DNA of 63,849 bases, counting the filler, from Choristocarpus tenellus KU-1152 (Eukaryota; Protista; Phaeophyceae): the NCBI GenBank assembly GCA_964200185.2. It is 10 parts of 10 records of this genome, joined end to end, with 100 filler letters (N's around TTAATTAATTAA, not from the genome) between each part and the next. Parts side by side here need not be neighbours in the genome. Positions count along the whole stretch, not along the records: positions 61,236 to 63,849 come from CAXNAD020026262.1; 9 more parts are not named here. One strand, 5' to 3'. The notes under the pieces were generated by a model. It saw nothing but the letters and a program-made list of their open reading frames with translations, had not been told where the DNA came from and searched no databases. Both the position numbers and the translations under genes were made by a program. Below are positions 63,839 through 63,849 of the stretch, one piece after another; the stretch's first letter is position 1, and each line of letters begins with the position of its first letter.

Positions 63839-63849
63839 CATACAAGACA

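Overview
Eukaryotic, intron-rich and transposon-rich genomic DNA, most likely from a brown alga (Phaeophyceae). This is inferred from the NB-ARC-TPR gene with one repeat per exon, the GT-AG intron style and the TTAGGG motifs. The window is about 10 contigs joined by artificial 100-bp N44-TTAATTAATTAA-N44 linkers, so adjacency across linkers is unproven. The main feature is a minus-strand NLR-like gene (~23.2-34.7 kb). It encodes a helical N-terminal domain, an APAF-1-type NB-ARC domain and a tandem array of 15 separate 126-bp phase-0 exons. Each exon encodes one 42-aa TPR-type unit with a conserved scaffold and hypervariable positions, an architecture suited to exon shuffling or combinatorial splicing. 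Other genes: the last three exons of a valyl-tRNA synthetase, the last two exons of an ApaH-like metallophosphoesterase, and a very large acidic exon of an unknown gene. Mobile DNA: a TIR-bounded, internally deleted pogo element; a decayed Copia RT-RNaseH interrupted by a solo LTR; a Gypsy RT fragment; and several MITE families, three of which share one terminal motif and carry simple repeats (TTAGGG, poly-G, (GT)n) next to the TIR.
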